Source of the DNA: Candidatus Limadaptatus stercoripullorum
Lineage (GTDB): Bacteria; Bacillota; Clostridia; Christensenellales; CAG-917
Length of the DNA: 48,936 nt
Reading direction: 5' to 3'
NCBI GenBank assembly: GCA_018713795.1
Contig: DVOE01000088.1
Coordinates: forward strand, 1-48,936
Numbering within the stretch: the first letter of the stretch is position 1; each line of letters begins with the position of its first letter. Shown piece after piece: positions 26,406 to 35,318 of this stretch. The notes beneath the pieces are model-generated. The model was given only the letters and a program-made list of their open reading frames with translations, had not been told where the DNA came from and made no database searches. Made by a program: the position numbers and the translations under genes.

Positions 26406-27353
26406 ATGAAGATAATCATCCCGAAAGGATTTTTGGTGGGCGAAGCGCAGGACGACTTCACGGGCGTCACAGCCTTTCTCTGCCCGCGCGGAGCGGTGGG
26501 CGGCGCGGATTGCCGAGGCGGCGCGCCCGGCACCCGGGAGACCGACCTCCTCCGCCCCGAAAAGATGATGGACAAAGTGAACGCCGTCTTCCTCGCGGGC
26601 GGCAGCGCCTACGGGCTCGCGGCGGCGGACGGGATCATGCGCTGGATGAGAGAGCGCGGCTACGGCTACCGCACGGCGGGCAAGATCGTGCCCATAGTTT
26701 CGGGGGCGGTCATCTTCGACCTCAATCACAAGGAATATCACACGCCGACGGCGGAAACGGGGTTTGAAGCCTGCGAAAACGCTTCGAGAACTCCCACTTT
26801 CGGTCAAAACGGCGTGGGGCGCGGCGCGACCGCCGGCAAGATACGCGGGCTGAGATACGCCTCCAAGACGGGGGTGGGAGCGTGCACGGTCAAGACGGCG
26901 GGAGTCACCCTCACCGCCGTAGTCGCGGTCAACGCTCTCGGCGATGTCTTCGATCCCGAGACGGGGAAGATCGTCGCCGGTGCCAAGGCAAACGACGGCT
27001 CTTTCATAGACACCGAAAAGCATATCGTGAGCGGCGGGCTCCTTAAGCTGTTTGCGGGAGCGAACACCACCGTCGGCTGCATACTCACCGACGCGCGCTT
27101 AGACAAGGTGCAGGCGAACAAACTCGCCTCGGCGGGGCACGGCGGACTTTCGCGCGCAATTCGTCCCGTGCACACCGACTTTGACGGCGACACGCTGTTC
27201 TGTCTCGCCTCGGGGAAAAAGCCGGTGCTCAATCTGCTGCTGCTTCAGACGGCGGCGGCGTACGCCGTGGAGAGAGCCGTCGTCGCGGCGGCGACGGAGG
27301 GCGCGGCTTACGATGTGAGTTACGACGAGAGCGAGGAGGACAGCGAGGAGTGA
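26406..27353 (+). CDS. P1/DmpA-family (S58) aminopeptidase
   Basis: GGADCRGGAPGTRETDLL, AVFLAGGSAYGLAAADGIMRWM and VPIVSGAVIFDL are characteristic of DmpA/P1 peptidases. Confidence 0.8.
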   Translation: MKIIIPKGFLVGEAQDDFTGVTAFLCPRGAVGGADCRGGAPGTRETDLLRPEKMMDKVNAVFLAGGSAYGLAAADGIMRWMRERGYGYRTAGKIVPIVSGAVIFDLNHKEYHTPTAETGFEACENASRTPTFGQNGVGRGATAGKIRGLRYASKTGVGACTVKTAGVTLTAVVAVNALGDVFDPETGKIVAGAKANDGSFIDTEKHIVSGGLLKLFAGANTTVGCILTDARLDKVQANKLASAGHGGLSRAIRPVHTDFDGDTLFCLASGKKPVLNLLLLQTAAAYAVERAVVAAATEGAAYDVSYDESEEDSEE

Positions 27354-27958
27354 AAGCGGCGATATATCTCAACTGCGGACTGCCCTTCGCCCCGCCCGAA
27401 CCTGCGGACTTCGTCATCTGCTGCGACGGGGCTTATTCCTCCTGCCCCGTGCGCCCCGACCTGTTCGTGGGCGACGGCGACTCGGCGGGCGGGTTCCCCT
27501 CGGATGTCCCCGTGCTGTCCCACGACTCGCACAAAAATTTCACGGACGGCGAATCCGCCGTCCATTTCGCCCGCGAAAAGAGGGCGGACGAGATCGTCTT
27601 TTACGGCGTGACCGGCGGGAGATACGACCACACCCTCGGCAATCTCGCCGTCATGCACCTGGCGCTCGATCTCGGGATGCGCTGCAAGGCGGTGGAGGGA
27701 GACTGCGTCATCCACGGACTTTCCGCCGCGCTCACTCCCCTTTTCGAACTCCGAACGGGGCGCGGCGTGACCTTCTCGGTCGTCCCGCACGGCGGCAGCG
27801 CGGTGATAACCGACGCGAAGGGGACGGAATATCCCCTCGACGATCTCACCCTCACCCCCGCCGACACCCGCGGGATATCCAATGTCTCCGCGGCGGAGAG
27901 CGTGTCGCTCCGCGTGGTGCGGGGGACGGCTTTCCTTATTGTGGACGCGCACGCATGA
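27350..27958 (+). CDS. thiN: thiamine diphosphokinase
   Basis: GDGDS, KNFTDGE and VTGGRYDHTLGN motifs of TPK. 202 aa. The GTG start overlaps the upstream TGA. Confidence 0.8.
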   Translation: MKAAIYLNCGLPFAPPEPADFVICCDGAYSSCPVRPDLFVGDGDSAGGFPSDVPVLSHDSHKNFTDGESAVHFAREKRADEIVFYGVTGGRYDHTLGNLAVMHLALDLGMRCKAVEGDCVIHGLSAALTPLFELRTGRGVTFSVVPHGGSAVITDAKGTEYPLDDLTLTPADTRGISNVSAAESVSLRVVRGTAFLIVDAHA

Positions 27959-27975
27959 CGCGCACACGCAGGCAT

Positions 27976-28012
27976 AAAAAGCCCGCTCCCTCACGGGGGC
28001 GGGCTTCTTTTT
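27976..28012. terminator. bidirectional terminator between thiN and thiT
   Basis: AAAAAGCCCGC-tccctcacgggg-GCGGGCTTCTTTTT between convergent genes. Confidence 0.7.
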
Positions 28013-28099
28013 ATGGGGGGGGGCCCCTCCGCCGGAGCGGAGGGGCGACAAGGAAACGAGGAGCGCGGGGACCAGCCCCGCGTCACCGTTCTTGCGGAC

Positions 28100-29422
28100 T
28101 TATTCGGCGTCGCGGACGGCGTCCTCCGCGGGAGCGTTCTCGCTCTTTTCTTCGATCTCCTCGATCTCGTCCGTTTCGGGCGCGTCGTCGATGTAGATCT
28201 CGCCGTTCTCAACGACCGCGCGGGTCTGCATGGAGATGTCCATCTGCCTCCTGAAGGAGGGGGACAGCAGCAGGAATATGCCCGCGACGAGGTCGATGGC
28301 GAGGTCGACCATGGTGAAGGAGTTGTACGCCACCGAGTAAAGCAGCAGCTTGCCCGCGTAGCCGTACTCCACCGCGTCCGCGCCGAAGGCGAACACGCCG
28401 GAGAGCACATGGCAGGCGTAGCGCAGCAGGACGGCGATGATCGCGCCCACCACGAAGGCGGCTATCTTGTTCTTTTTGAGCGGGGTGCGCTCGAAGAATA
28501 TGCCCGTCGCCGAGATGAGACCGAAGGCGAGCGGATAGTCGAGCAGGAACTGCAGCGGGTGCACGATCCAGGTGTCCTGGAGCGCCTGCAGGAAACCGTA
28601 GATCACGCAGACGGTGACGCCGCGGCGGGTGCCGAACATGGCGCAGTAGATCATGAGCGGCAAGAGGCTGGCAAAAGTGACCGAGCCGCCCTGCGGCAGT
28701 TTGAACAGTCGGGCGTAAGAGAGCGCGAAGGACATGGCGATGGCGATCGCGCCGTAGACCACCGACTTGGTGTCGTTGACCTGTCTCTTTTTGCCGAGGG
28801 CGTAGATGCCTATGATGAGGACGAGCATGACCACCACGCCGATGATGAGCCCGTTCTGTTCGAGATACTCGGAGTAGTACCCGTCGGCGGCGTAGATCTC
28901 ATTGTAGCTCTTGGTGAGCAGCACCATGAGGGCAATGAATCCGCCGAGCATCCCGAGCCCCGTCACGACGGCAGCCACCTTGACGAGGAACTTGTTGAAC
29001 AGCGAAGCCAGACCCATGAGGCAGGCGCCGATGAGCGCTATGAGCACGAGCGCGAGTATGGCGGGGAAATAGGACATGGTGCCGCCGCTGTAATTTATCT
29101 CGTAGAATTCCGCCGCAAAGAACAGCGCGGTCGCGATGAGCGCGACGCCGAGCACGGTGCCTATGCCGATCTTGGCAAGATCGCGCAGTCTGTCCCGCCT
29201 GAACTTGTAAAGCAGGACGCCCACGAGCGCGAAGCCGAGGATGAGAGCGATGGCGGTGTAAAGCAGCGCGTTGCCCATCTCCCCGACGAGCGCGTCGAAG
29301 AAACGGCCGAGTTTCTCATCCGCGGCGTCCGTCGCCCCGAGACTGTCGAGATAATCGCCGAGCTGACCGTCGGTGAGGTCGCCGACATCCACTTCGGCGG
29401 AAAGTTTGGTCGTGAAGAGCAT
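28100..29422 (-). CDS. thiT: energy-coupling-factor thiamine S-component ThiT fused to a ~225-aa N-terminal polytopic extension
   Basis: ORF 28100..29497 trimmed to MLFTTKLSAE, with GGGAGG upstream. The C-terminal half (YGAIAIAMSFALSYARLFKLPQGGSVTFASLLPLMIY...) looks like ThiT. A TPP riboswitch lies directly upstream. The C-terminus is an acidic tail. Confidence 0.75.
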   Translation of the reverse strand: MLFTTKLSAEVDVGDLTDGQLGDYLDSLGATDAADEKLGRFFDALVGEMGNALLYTAIALILGFALVGVLLYKFRRDRLRDLAKIGIGTVLGVALIATALFFAAEFYEINYSGGTMSYFPAILALVLIALIGACLMGLASLFNKFLVKVAAVVTGLGMLGGFIALMVLLTKSYNEIYAADGYYSEYLEQNGLIIGVVVMLVLIIGIYALGKKRQVNDTKSVVYGAIAIAMSFALSYARLFKLPQGGSVTFASLLPLMIYCAMFGTRRGVTVCVIYGFLQALQDTWIVHPLQFLLDYPLAFGLISATGIFFERTPLKKNKIAAFVVGAIIAVLLRYACHVLSGVFAFGADAVEYGYAGKLLLYSVAYNSFTMVDLAIDLVAGIFLLLSPSFRRQMDISMQTRAVVENGEIYIDDAPETDEIEEIEEKSENAPAEDAVRDAE

Positions 29423-29445
29423 TGTTACCTCCCGTTTTACGGGGC

Positions 29446-29474
29446 AAAAGAAAACCCCGGAATAACAGCCGGGG
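29446..29474 (-). terminator. riboswitch expression-platform terminator
   Basis: Minus-strand RNA reads CCCCGG-CUGUUAUU-CCGGGG followed by UUUUCUUUU, between the TPP aptamer and the thiT SD. Confidence 0.75.
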
Positions 29475-29494
29475 CACATAAAAACAGTCGATCT

Positions 29495-29571
29495 CATTGC
29501 TTCCTTACGCGAGGATTAACTCACAAGTTTGGAGGGTATGATCTCAGCCTTTCGGCACCCCTAGCGAGCAA
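29495..29571 (-). promoter_or_regulatory. TPP (THI-box) riboswitch aptamer
   Basis: Minus-strand RNA reads UUGCUCGCUAGGGGUGCCGAAAGGCUGAGAUCAUACCCUCCAAACUUGUGAGUUAAUCCUCGCGUAAGGAAGCAA. It contains the conserved GGGGUGC, GCUGAGA, ACCC, AC(U)UG...UAAU...GCGUA(A)GGAA blocks and a closing P1 (UUGCU/AGCAA). Confidence 0.85.
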
Positions 29572-29600
29572 ATGCTATCACCGCCGCGCCGCGCTGTCAA
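29572..29600 (-). promoter_or_regulatory. sigma-70-type promoter driving the TPP riboswitch/thiT
   Basis: Minus strand reads TTGACA (29600-29595)-17 nt-TAGCAT (29577-29572), with TGA immediately upstream (extended -10). The predicted start is at the riboswitch P1. Confidence 0.55.
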
Positions 29601-29800
29601 GCGGTGACTTGAAATTTTCGCGCAAAAAACTCACCCGGCAAAGGGTTTTCCGCCGCCGCGACGGGAGCCGAGAGCGGCAAAGAAAAAATTGCATGTCAAA
29701 ACGCTTTATTTTTTCGCGCGGGCGCGCTACAATGCCCGAGCAAACGAGAAAGCCAAAGGCGCGGGCGTCGCCCGCGAGAAATACGACTCGGGAGGATATC

Positions 29801-30436
29801 ATGAAAAAACCCAAGATCTTCAGCGAATTCAAGGAATTCATCACCCGTGGCAATGTCATGGGGCTGGCAGTCGGTATGATCATCGGCGCCGCGTTCACCG
29901 CCATCGTGAACGCGCTCGTCAACAGCATACTCAAGCCGCTCATCAACTGGATCCCCATAGGCGACATGTCCGGGCTCATCACCATGCTCGTCCCGCGCGA
30001 CGCCAACGGGCTGAAATGCGCGGAAGCCGCCGCCGATCTCACCAAGTCCGTCTACATCGACTGGGGCGCGGTGATCATGGCGATCATCACCTTCCTGCTC
30101 ACCGCACTCGTGCTCTTCTTCATCCTGAAGGCGATCACCTCCGTCCGGAAGGGCTTCGGCGCCATGAAGAGCGAAGCGGAACTGCTCTCCTCCGAGGAGT
30201 ATGAAGAGCTCAAGAAGCAGGGCAAGAGCCGCAAGGAGATCAAGGCGATCCTCGCCGAGCGCGCCGCCGCCAAGAAGGCGGAAGAGGAAGCCAAAGCCGC
30301 CGCGGAAGCCGCTGCCGTCGAGACCACCGACGACATCCTGAAGGACATCCGCGCCCTGCTCAAAGCCCAGGCTGCCGCCGCCGAAAAGACGGAGACCGCA
30401 AAGGCTAAGACCGAGGCGAACGCCGACGCCGAATAA
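29801..30436 (+). CDS. mscL: large-conductance mechanosensitive channel with extended C-terminal tail
   Basis: In-frame internal start of the long ORF 28013..30436. MKKPKIFSEFKEFITRGNVMGLAVGMIIGAAFTAIVNALVNSILKPLI is the canonical MscL N-terminus/TM1, with GGAGGA upstream. At 211 aa it is longer than typical MscL because of an Ala/Glu/Lys tail. Confidence 0.9.
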   Translation: MKKPKIFSEFKEFITRGNVMGLAVGMIIGAAFTAIVNALVNSILKPLINWIPIGDMSGLITMLVPRDANGLKCAEAAADLTKSVYIDWGAVIMAIITFLLTALVLFFILKAITSVRKGFGAMKSEAELLSSEEYEELKKQGKSRKEIKAILAERAAAKKAEEEAKAAAEAAAVETTDDILKDIRALLKAQAAAAEKTETAKAKTEANADAE

Positions 30437-30455
30437 TATAACGGACAGCGATCAT

Positions 30456-30500
30456 ATCCCCGCGCTCTCTCGCATCGCGAACGGTGCGGGGATTTTGTTG
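30456..30500 (+). terminator. probable terminator after mscL
   Basis: ATCCCCGC (30456-30463) pairs with GCGGGGAT (30486-30493) around a 22-nt loop, followed by TTTTGTT. Confidence 0.5.
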
Positions 30501-30546
30501 GGCTGATTTTGTTGTGCCGGCGAAAAACATATGATAGACTGTACCC

Positions 30547-31995
30547 ATGCGGCGAAGCGTCGCCGCTGAACGGAATATGACAGAAAGTCGACCTACTCTC
30601 TCGCCCCGGGAAGCGGGGCAAAGCCGCCCACAGGACGGCAGATCGCCGAGCGGACGCAAGCCCCGCAAACTTTCCACGGCGCAGATACTTGCGATCGGCT
30701 ATTTCGGCATTATCCTTTTCGGCACCTTCCTGCTCGCGCTCCCCATCTCCTCGAGAAGCGGAGAATGGACGGATTTCTTCGACGCGCTGCTCACCGCCAC
30801 TTCCGCCACCTGCGTGACCGGACTCATCGCGGTGCCCACCGCCGTGCATTGGAACGCCTTCGGCATAATCGTCATCATCCTGCTCATCCAGATAGGCGGC
30901 TTGGGGTTCATGACCTTCGTCACGCTGTTCTCCTTCGCGCTCGGACGCAGGATAGGACTTTACGAACGCACTCTGCTCGAGCAGTCCGCGGGCGCATTCT
31001 CAAAGGGCGGCATCGTCCGACTCGTCAAGCGCATACTCATCTTCACTTTCTCGGTGGAACTCATAGGCGCGGCGTTGCTCGCCATACCCTTCTGCCGTGA
31101 CTACGGCGCGGGCATGGGCATAGGCATGGCGCTCTTCCATTCGGTGTCCGCGTTCTGCAACGCCGGTTTCGACATCCTCGGCACCGCTCAGAACCCCTTC
31201 GCCTCCCTCACCGCTTACAGCGGCAACGCCATAGTCAACTTCACCATCTGCGGGCTCATCCTGGTCGGCGGCATGGGCTATGTCGTGTGGAGCGACATCT
31301 GGGATAAGCGCTTCCGCTACCGCAGGTTCCGCCTGCACACCCGCATAGTGCTGTGCGCGAGCGTCATCATCGTCTTCCTGCCCACCCTGCTCCTCTTCCT
31401 GTTCGAGCACAACACCGAGATCCTCGCGGGCAAGAGCGCGTGGGAGCGCTTCCTCATCTGCTTCTTCCAGGCGGTCACCCCGAGGACGGCGGGATTCAAC
31501 ACCGTGGACATCGCCGCGCTCACCGACAGCAGCAAGCTGCTCATCATGATCCTCATGTTCATAGGCGGCAACAGCGGTTCGACGGCGGGCGGCATCAAGG
31601 TCACCACCCTCGTGGTCATCCTCTTCTCGCTCTACTCGTCCATGCGCAACCAAAAGGAGATCGTCATCGGCAAACGCTCGCTCGACCTCTCCCTCGCAAA
31701 ACAGGCGATGGCGCTGTTCACCATCTATCTGTTCATAGTGCTCGCCGCCACCATGATCATCTGCGCGATAGAGCCTTTCGGAGTGCTGGATGTCGCCTTC
31801 GAATGCGTGTCTGCGATAGGCACGGTCGGACTTACCACGGGCATAACTCCCCTGCTCTCCAAGGGCTCGGAGTTCATCATATCGCTGCTCATGTACGCGG
31901 GCAGGCTCGGGGTGCTCACCCTCGCCACCGCCATGATGGAGAGCAAAGTCAAACCTCTCACAAAACGGCCGACCGAAAAGATACTCATCGGCTGA
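30547..31995 (+). CDS. ktrB: TrkH/KtrB-family potassium uptake membrane subunit
   Basis: LSTAQILAIGYFGIILFGTFLLALPIS, SATCVTGL, NAGFD and TAGFNT/STAGGIKV selectivity-filter-like repeats. The start is uncertain (30547 or 30577). Confidence 0.85.
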   Translation: MRRSVAAERNMTESRPTLSPREAGQSRPQDGRSPSGRKPRKLSTAQILAIGYFGIILFGTFLLALPISSRSGEWTDFFDALLTATSATCVTGLIAVPTAVHWNAFGIIVIILLIQIGGLGFMTFVTLFSFALGRRIGLYERTLLEQSAGAFSKGGIVRLVKRILIFTFSVELIGAALLAIPFCRDYGAGMGIGMALFHSVSAFCNAGFDILGTAQNPFASLTAYSGNAIVNFTICGLILVGGMGYVVWSDIWDKRFRYRRFRLHTRIVLCASVIIVFLPTLLLFLFEHNTEILAGKSAWERFLICFFQAVTPRTAGFNTVDIAALTDSSKLLIMILMFIGGNSGSTAGGIKVTTLVVILFSLYSSMRNQKEIVIGKRSLDLSLAKQAMALFTIYLFIVLAATMIICAIEPFGVLDVAFECVSAIGTVGLTTGITPLLSKGSEFIISLLMYAGRLGVLTLATAMMESKVKPLTKRPTEKILIG

Positions 31996-32024
31996 CGGCG
32001 CTCGCCGCCTCATAAAGGAGAACC

Positions 32025-32669
32025 ATGAAATCCATACTCGTCATCGGAATGGGAAGATTCGGCACCTATCTTGCCAAAAAACTGTCCGACCTCGGCAATC
32101 AGGTCATGATCGTCGACAAGGACGAAGAGCTCATCAACCGCCTCTCCCCGCACTTCGTGGACGCCATGATCGGTGATTGCAGCCGCGAAGAAGTGCTCGA
32201 AGAGATAGGCGTGGACAACTTCGACATCTGCTTCGTGACCATGGGCAAGAGCTTCCAGCCCTCCCTCGAGGTCACCGCGCTCCTAAAAGACATGGGCGCA
32301 AAACATGTCGTCTCCGTGTCGGGCAGCGAGATCCAGAGCAAGTTCCTGCTCCGCAACGGCGCGGACGAGGTCATCTATCCGCAGATGGACATGGCGATCA
32401 AGGCGGCGGTCAAATATAACGCCGACAACATCTTCGACTTCATCAAACTCGGCGCCGACTACGGCGTGTTCGAGGTCAAGGTCCCCGGCGAATGGGTGGG
32501 CAAGGATGTGGTCTCCGCCGACATCAGGCGCGCCTACAATCTCAATGTCCTCGCCGTCAAGAAGGGGGACTCCAGCGCCGTCTTCGCTCCCACCGACTAC
32601 ATCTTCGAGAGCGGCGACCATGTCATAGTCGCGGGCGCCTTCAAAGCCGTCGAAAGGCTGAAAGGCTGA
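32025..32669 (+). CDS. ktrA: TrkA/KtrA-family potassium uptake regulatory subunit (RCK domain)
   Basis: MKSILVIGMGRFGTYLAKKLSDLGNQVMIVDKD (GxGxxG Rossmann) plus a C-terminal TrkA-C-like segment. 214 aa. It lies directly downstream of ktrB. Confidence 0.85.
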   Translation: MKSILVIGMGRFGTYLAKKLSDLGNQVMIVDKDEELINRLSPHFVDAMIGDCSREEVLEEIGVDNFDICFVTMGKSFQPSLEVTALLKDMGAKHVVSVSGSEIQSKFLLRNGADEVIYPQMDMAIKAAVKYNADNIFDFIKLGADYGVFEVKVPGEWVGKDVVSADIRRAYNLNVLAVKKGDSSAVFAPTDYIFESGDHVIVAGAFKAVERLKG

Positions 32670-32686
32670 GCGGCATCCGGGCAAAC

Positions 32687-32715
32687 AAAAAACGCGGCGA
32701 CGCCGCGTTTTTTTT
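32687..32715. terminator. bidirectional terminator between ktrA and ade
   Basis: AAAAAACGCGG-CGACG-CCGCGTTTTTTTT between convergent genes. Confidence 0.75.
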
Positions 32716-32731
32716 GTTCCCGCGCTTGCGC

Positions 32732-34372
32732 TCAGAGGAAGGAGCGCGTCTCGGTGTCGTAAAGCCCGGTGTCCAAAAGGCGCAGTCTCGGGATGACGGG
32801 AAGCGCCACGAAAGAGAGCGTGGTGAACGGGTCTATGCCCCGCCCGACTCCGAGAGCGTGCGCGCTCTCCGCCGTGCGTGCGATCGCCGCCGCCGTCTCC
32901 TCCGCCCCTCCGAGAGCCATGAGTCCGTAGGCGGGAAGCGGCAGTTCGTCCACCACCCTGCCGCCCTCCGCGATGACATATCCGCCGCCGATCTGCGACA
33001 GCCTCCTGCAGGCGACGATCATATCGCGGGCGTCCTTCCCCGCGCACACGACATTGTGCGAATCGTGCGAAACGCTGGTCGCGACCGCGCCTCTCTCGAG
33101 CCCGTAATTTTTGAGCAGACACACCGCATGACCACCGTTTTTCCCGTGGCGCTCTATGGTCGCGAGCAGGCACAGGGCTCCCCGGTCGTCCGCCTTTTCG
33201 AGGGTGGTGAGAAGCTCGCCGTCGGTGAGTCCCATCGCCACTCCGCGCAGTCTTTCGGGCACCTCGAACATCTCCTCGGAGAGCTCGGGCAGCTTGACGG
33301 TATTTTCAAAAACAGGCAGTTTATATGCCCGTTTTGCGCCGTTCATCACCGCTTTTCCGTCTTTTGCGACTATCTCGCCGCCCTTCATCACGAGGCGCAC
33401 TTCGGAGGCGTCCTGCGTAAGCACGACAAGGTCGGCGTCGTAGCCGACCGCGGGTCTGCCTTTGCCGCCGAGCTTGTAAAACCGCGCGGCGTTCGCCGAC
33501 GCCATCGCCGCCGTGTCTCCCCAGCCGAAACCTTCGCGAAGCGCCATGCGCACGATGGTGTCGATGTGCCCTTCGGCGGCTATGGACGAGAGGTGTTTGT
33601 CGTCCGTGCAGAAGGCGAACCTGCCCGTGTCCAGCCCGTGTTTTTTTACGGCGCGGAGCAGCACCCCCGCGTTATGCGCGGCGCTCCCCTCGCGGATATA
33701 TATGTTCATGCCTGCGCGGTACAGCCTGAGGAGCTCCTCTTCGCTCGTGCATTCGTGGTTGTTCTGCACGCCCGCCGCGACATAGGCGTCCGTAAGCTCT
33801 GCGGGCATTCCCGCCGTATGTCCGTCCACGGCTTTCCCCGCGGCTCTCGCGAGCGCGATCTTGTCCGCGATCTCCTTTTCGCCCGCCGCCGCGTCGTAGA
33901 AGCACATGACTTCCCCGAGCCCCACCACATCGGGGCGGGACATGAACGGACGCATGTCCTCCGCGAGGAACTTCCCCGCTCCGTTGGTGTCGAGAGGGGT
34001 AGCGGGGACGCTCGACGGCAGCGCCGTATAGACATCCGCGGGCGAAGCGGCGGCGAGGTCGAGGTATTCCCCGAGCCCTTTCGCGCCCGCCACATTCACG
34101 ACTTCGTGCGGGTCGGTGACGAGCACGGTGGTGCCGTGCGGCAGCACCGCTTCCCCGAAGGCGGGCGGAAGGATCATGCCCGACTCTATATGCACATGCG
34201 CGTCCGCGAACCCCGCCGTGACTATCAGCCCGCGGACATCGATCTCCGCGTCGCCGAGCAGCCCTTCGCCCACCGCGACGATCTTGCCGTCCGCGACCAG
34301 GACATCGGCGGCGTACACGCTGCGCGTGCCGCCGTCGGCGACAAGTCCGCCCTTCAGACATATCCGCGCCAT
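32732..34372 (-). CDS. ade: adenine deaminase
   Basis: VTAGFADAHVHIESGM, PHGTTVLVTDPHE and DGH motifs. 546 aa with full-length resemblance to Firmicutes Ade. AGGAGGAAGG lies upstream. Confidence 0.85.
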   Translation of the reverse strand: MARICLKGGLVADGGTRSVYAADVLVADGKIVAVGEGLLGDAEIDVRGLIVTAGFADAHVHIESGMILPPAFGEAVLPHGTTVLVTDPHEVVNVAGAKGLGEYLDLAAASPADVYTALPSSVPATPLDTNGAGKFLAEDMRPFMSRPDVVGLGEVMCFYDAAAGEKEIADKIALARAAGKAVDGHTAGMPAELTDAYVAAGVQNNHECTSEEELLRLYRAGMNIYIREGSAAHNAGVLLRAVKKHGLDTGRFAFCTDDKHLSSIAAEGHIDTIVRMALREGFGWGDTAAMASANAARFYKLGGKGRPAVGYDADLVVLTQDASEVRLVMKGGEIVAKDGKAVMNGAKRAYKLPVFENTVKLPELSEEMFEVPERLRGVAMGLTDGELLTTLEKADDRGALCLLATIERHGKNGGHAVCLLKNYGLERGAVATSVSHDSHNVVCAGKDARDMIVACRRLSQIGGGYVIAEGGRVVDELPLPAYGLMALGGAEETAAAIARTAESAHALGVGRGIDPFTTLSFVALPVIPRLRLLDTGLYDTETRSFL

Positions 34373-34382
34373 ATCCTTCCTC

Positions 34383-34952
34383 CTATCTCAGGTTCTCGGC
34401 GATGAGCGCGTCCAGCTTTTCGCCGAGCATGGGGTCCGCGAGCGCGGACGGCGTGTCCAGCAGCCATATGAGCAGGCTGACCATCGCTCCCGCATAGCAC
34501 ATCGCGGTCATCTGCGCGGGCACTTCGGAGGGATACCTGTCGCGCACCTTCCCGAGCTGATATTTGATGGACTGCGCCAGCGACTCGGTGAGGGTGTGCA
34601 CCACCCGCTCGTTGCGGTTGAACTTGACCACGCGCGCGATATCGCTCTGCTTGTCCGCAAGGTAAGAGACCGCCATGAAAGTGACGCTGCGGATGACATC
34701 GCGCGGCGACTCGGCGTAAAATTCCTTTGTGAACTTGGCGTAGATCTTGTCCTTGAGCTCCTCGAGCGCAAAGGACAGCAGATGATATTTGTCCTCGAAA
34801 TGCGCGTAGAATGTCGCGCGGTTGACCATCGCGCGCGTGCACAGGTCGATGACGCTGATCTTCTCGATGGACTGCTCCTCCATCATCTCGAGCAGCGTCG
34901 CGCTGAGTAGCTTGCGCGTGCGGACTATCCTGAGATCCTCTTTCTGCTGCAT
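34383..34952 (-). CDS. TetR/AcrR-family transcriptional regulator
   Basis: ORF trimmed to MQQKEDLRIVRTRKLLSATLLEMMEEQSIEKISVIDLCTRAMVNRATFYAHFEDKYHL (TetR N-terminal HTH). Its stop is 10 nt before the ade start. Confidence 0.8.
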   Translation of the reverse strand: MQQKEDLRIVRTRKLLSATLLEMMEEQSIEKISVIDLCTRAMVNRATFYAHFEDKYHLLSFALEELKDKIYAKFTKEFYAESPRDVIRSVTFMAVSYLADKQSDIARVVKFNRNERVVHTLTESLAQSIKYQLGKVRDRYPSEVPAQMTAMCYAGAMVSLLIWLLDTPSALADPMLGEKLDALIAENLR

Positions 34953-35318
34953 CCTGCCTCCCCGCCGCGCGGCGCGCGGCACTTGCTTTTTTGCGGGCGT
35001 GACGCCGCCCGCGTCGCCATGTCCGTCGTTATCGGAACACATGTCAATAATAATACGCTTCAGCGTTTTCGTCAATTAAGCCACAAGTGTAGCATTAAAA
35101 TTAAGTTCCGCGCCTTAAAAAAGCCGCTTTGAGCGTGTAAACAAAACAGCTGTCGCGTTTAATACACACGGGTCAGGCGCTCAAGCGCGCACGCGCGGGC
35201 GCGCGTAATTTTGTTGTCTTTTGCGGGCGGGTGTGTTACGATTGATTCTGCTCCGCCGGAAGCGGCGGATAACTGCGCCCCTGCCTCACGCACCGGACGG
35301 CGCGGTATACGGAGAGAT

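Noticed and set aside
28013-29800. N-terminal ~600 aa of the 807-aa plus-strand ORF 28013..30436
   Set aside because: Only the last 211 codons (from ATG 29801, with GGAGGA upstream) make MscL. The upstream part is antisense to thiT and to the TPP riboswitch and has shadow-ORF composition.
30437-30546. c-di-AMP (ydaO-type) riboswitch upstream of ktrB; M-box upstream of the P-type ATPase (16403-16557)
   Set aside because: Both spacers are too short once the terminator or promoter is accounted for, and they lack the conserved ACGGGGA/CCCA pseudo-symmetric (ydaO) or M-box core sequences.
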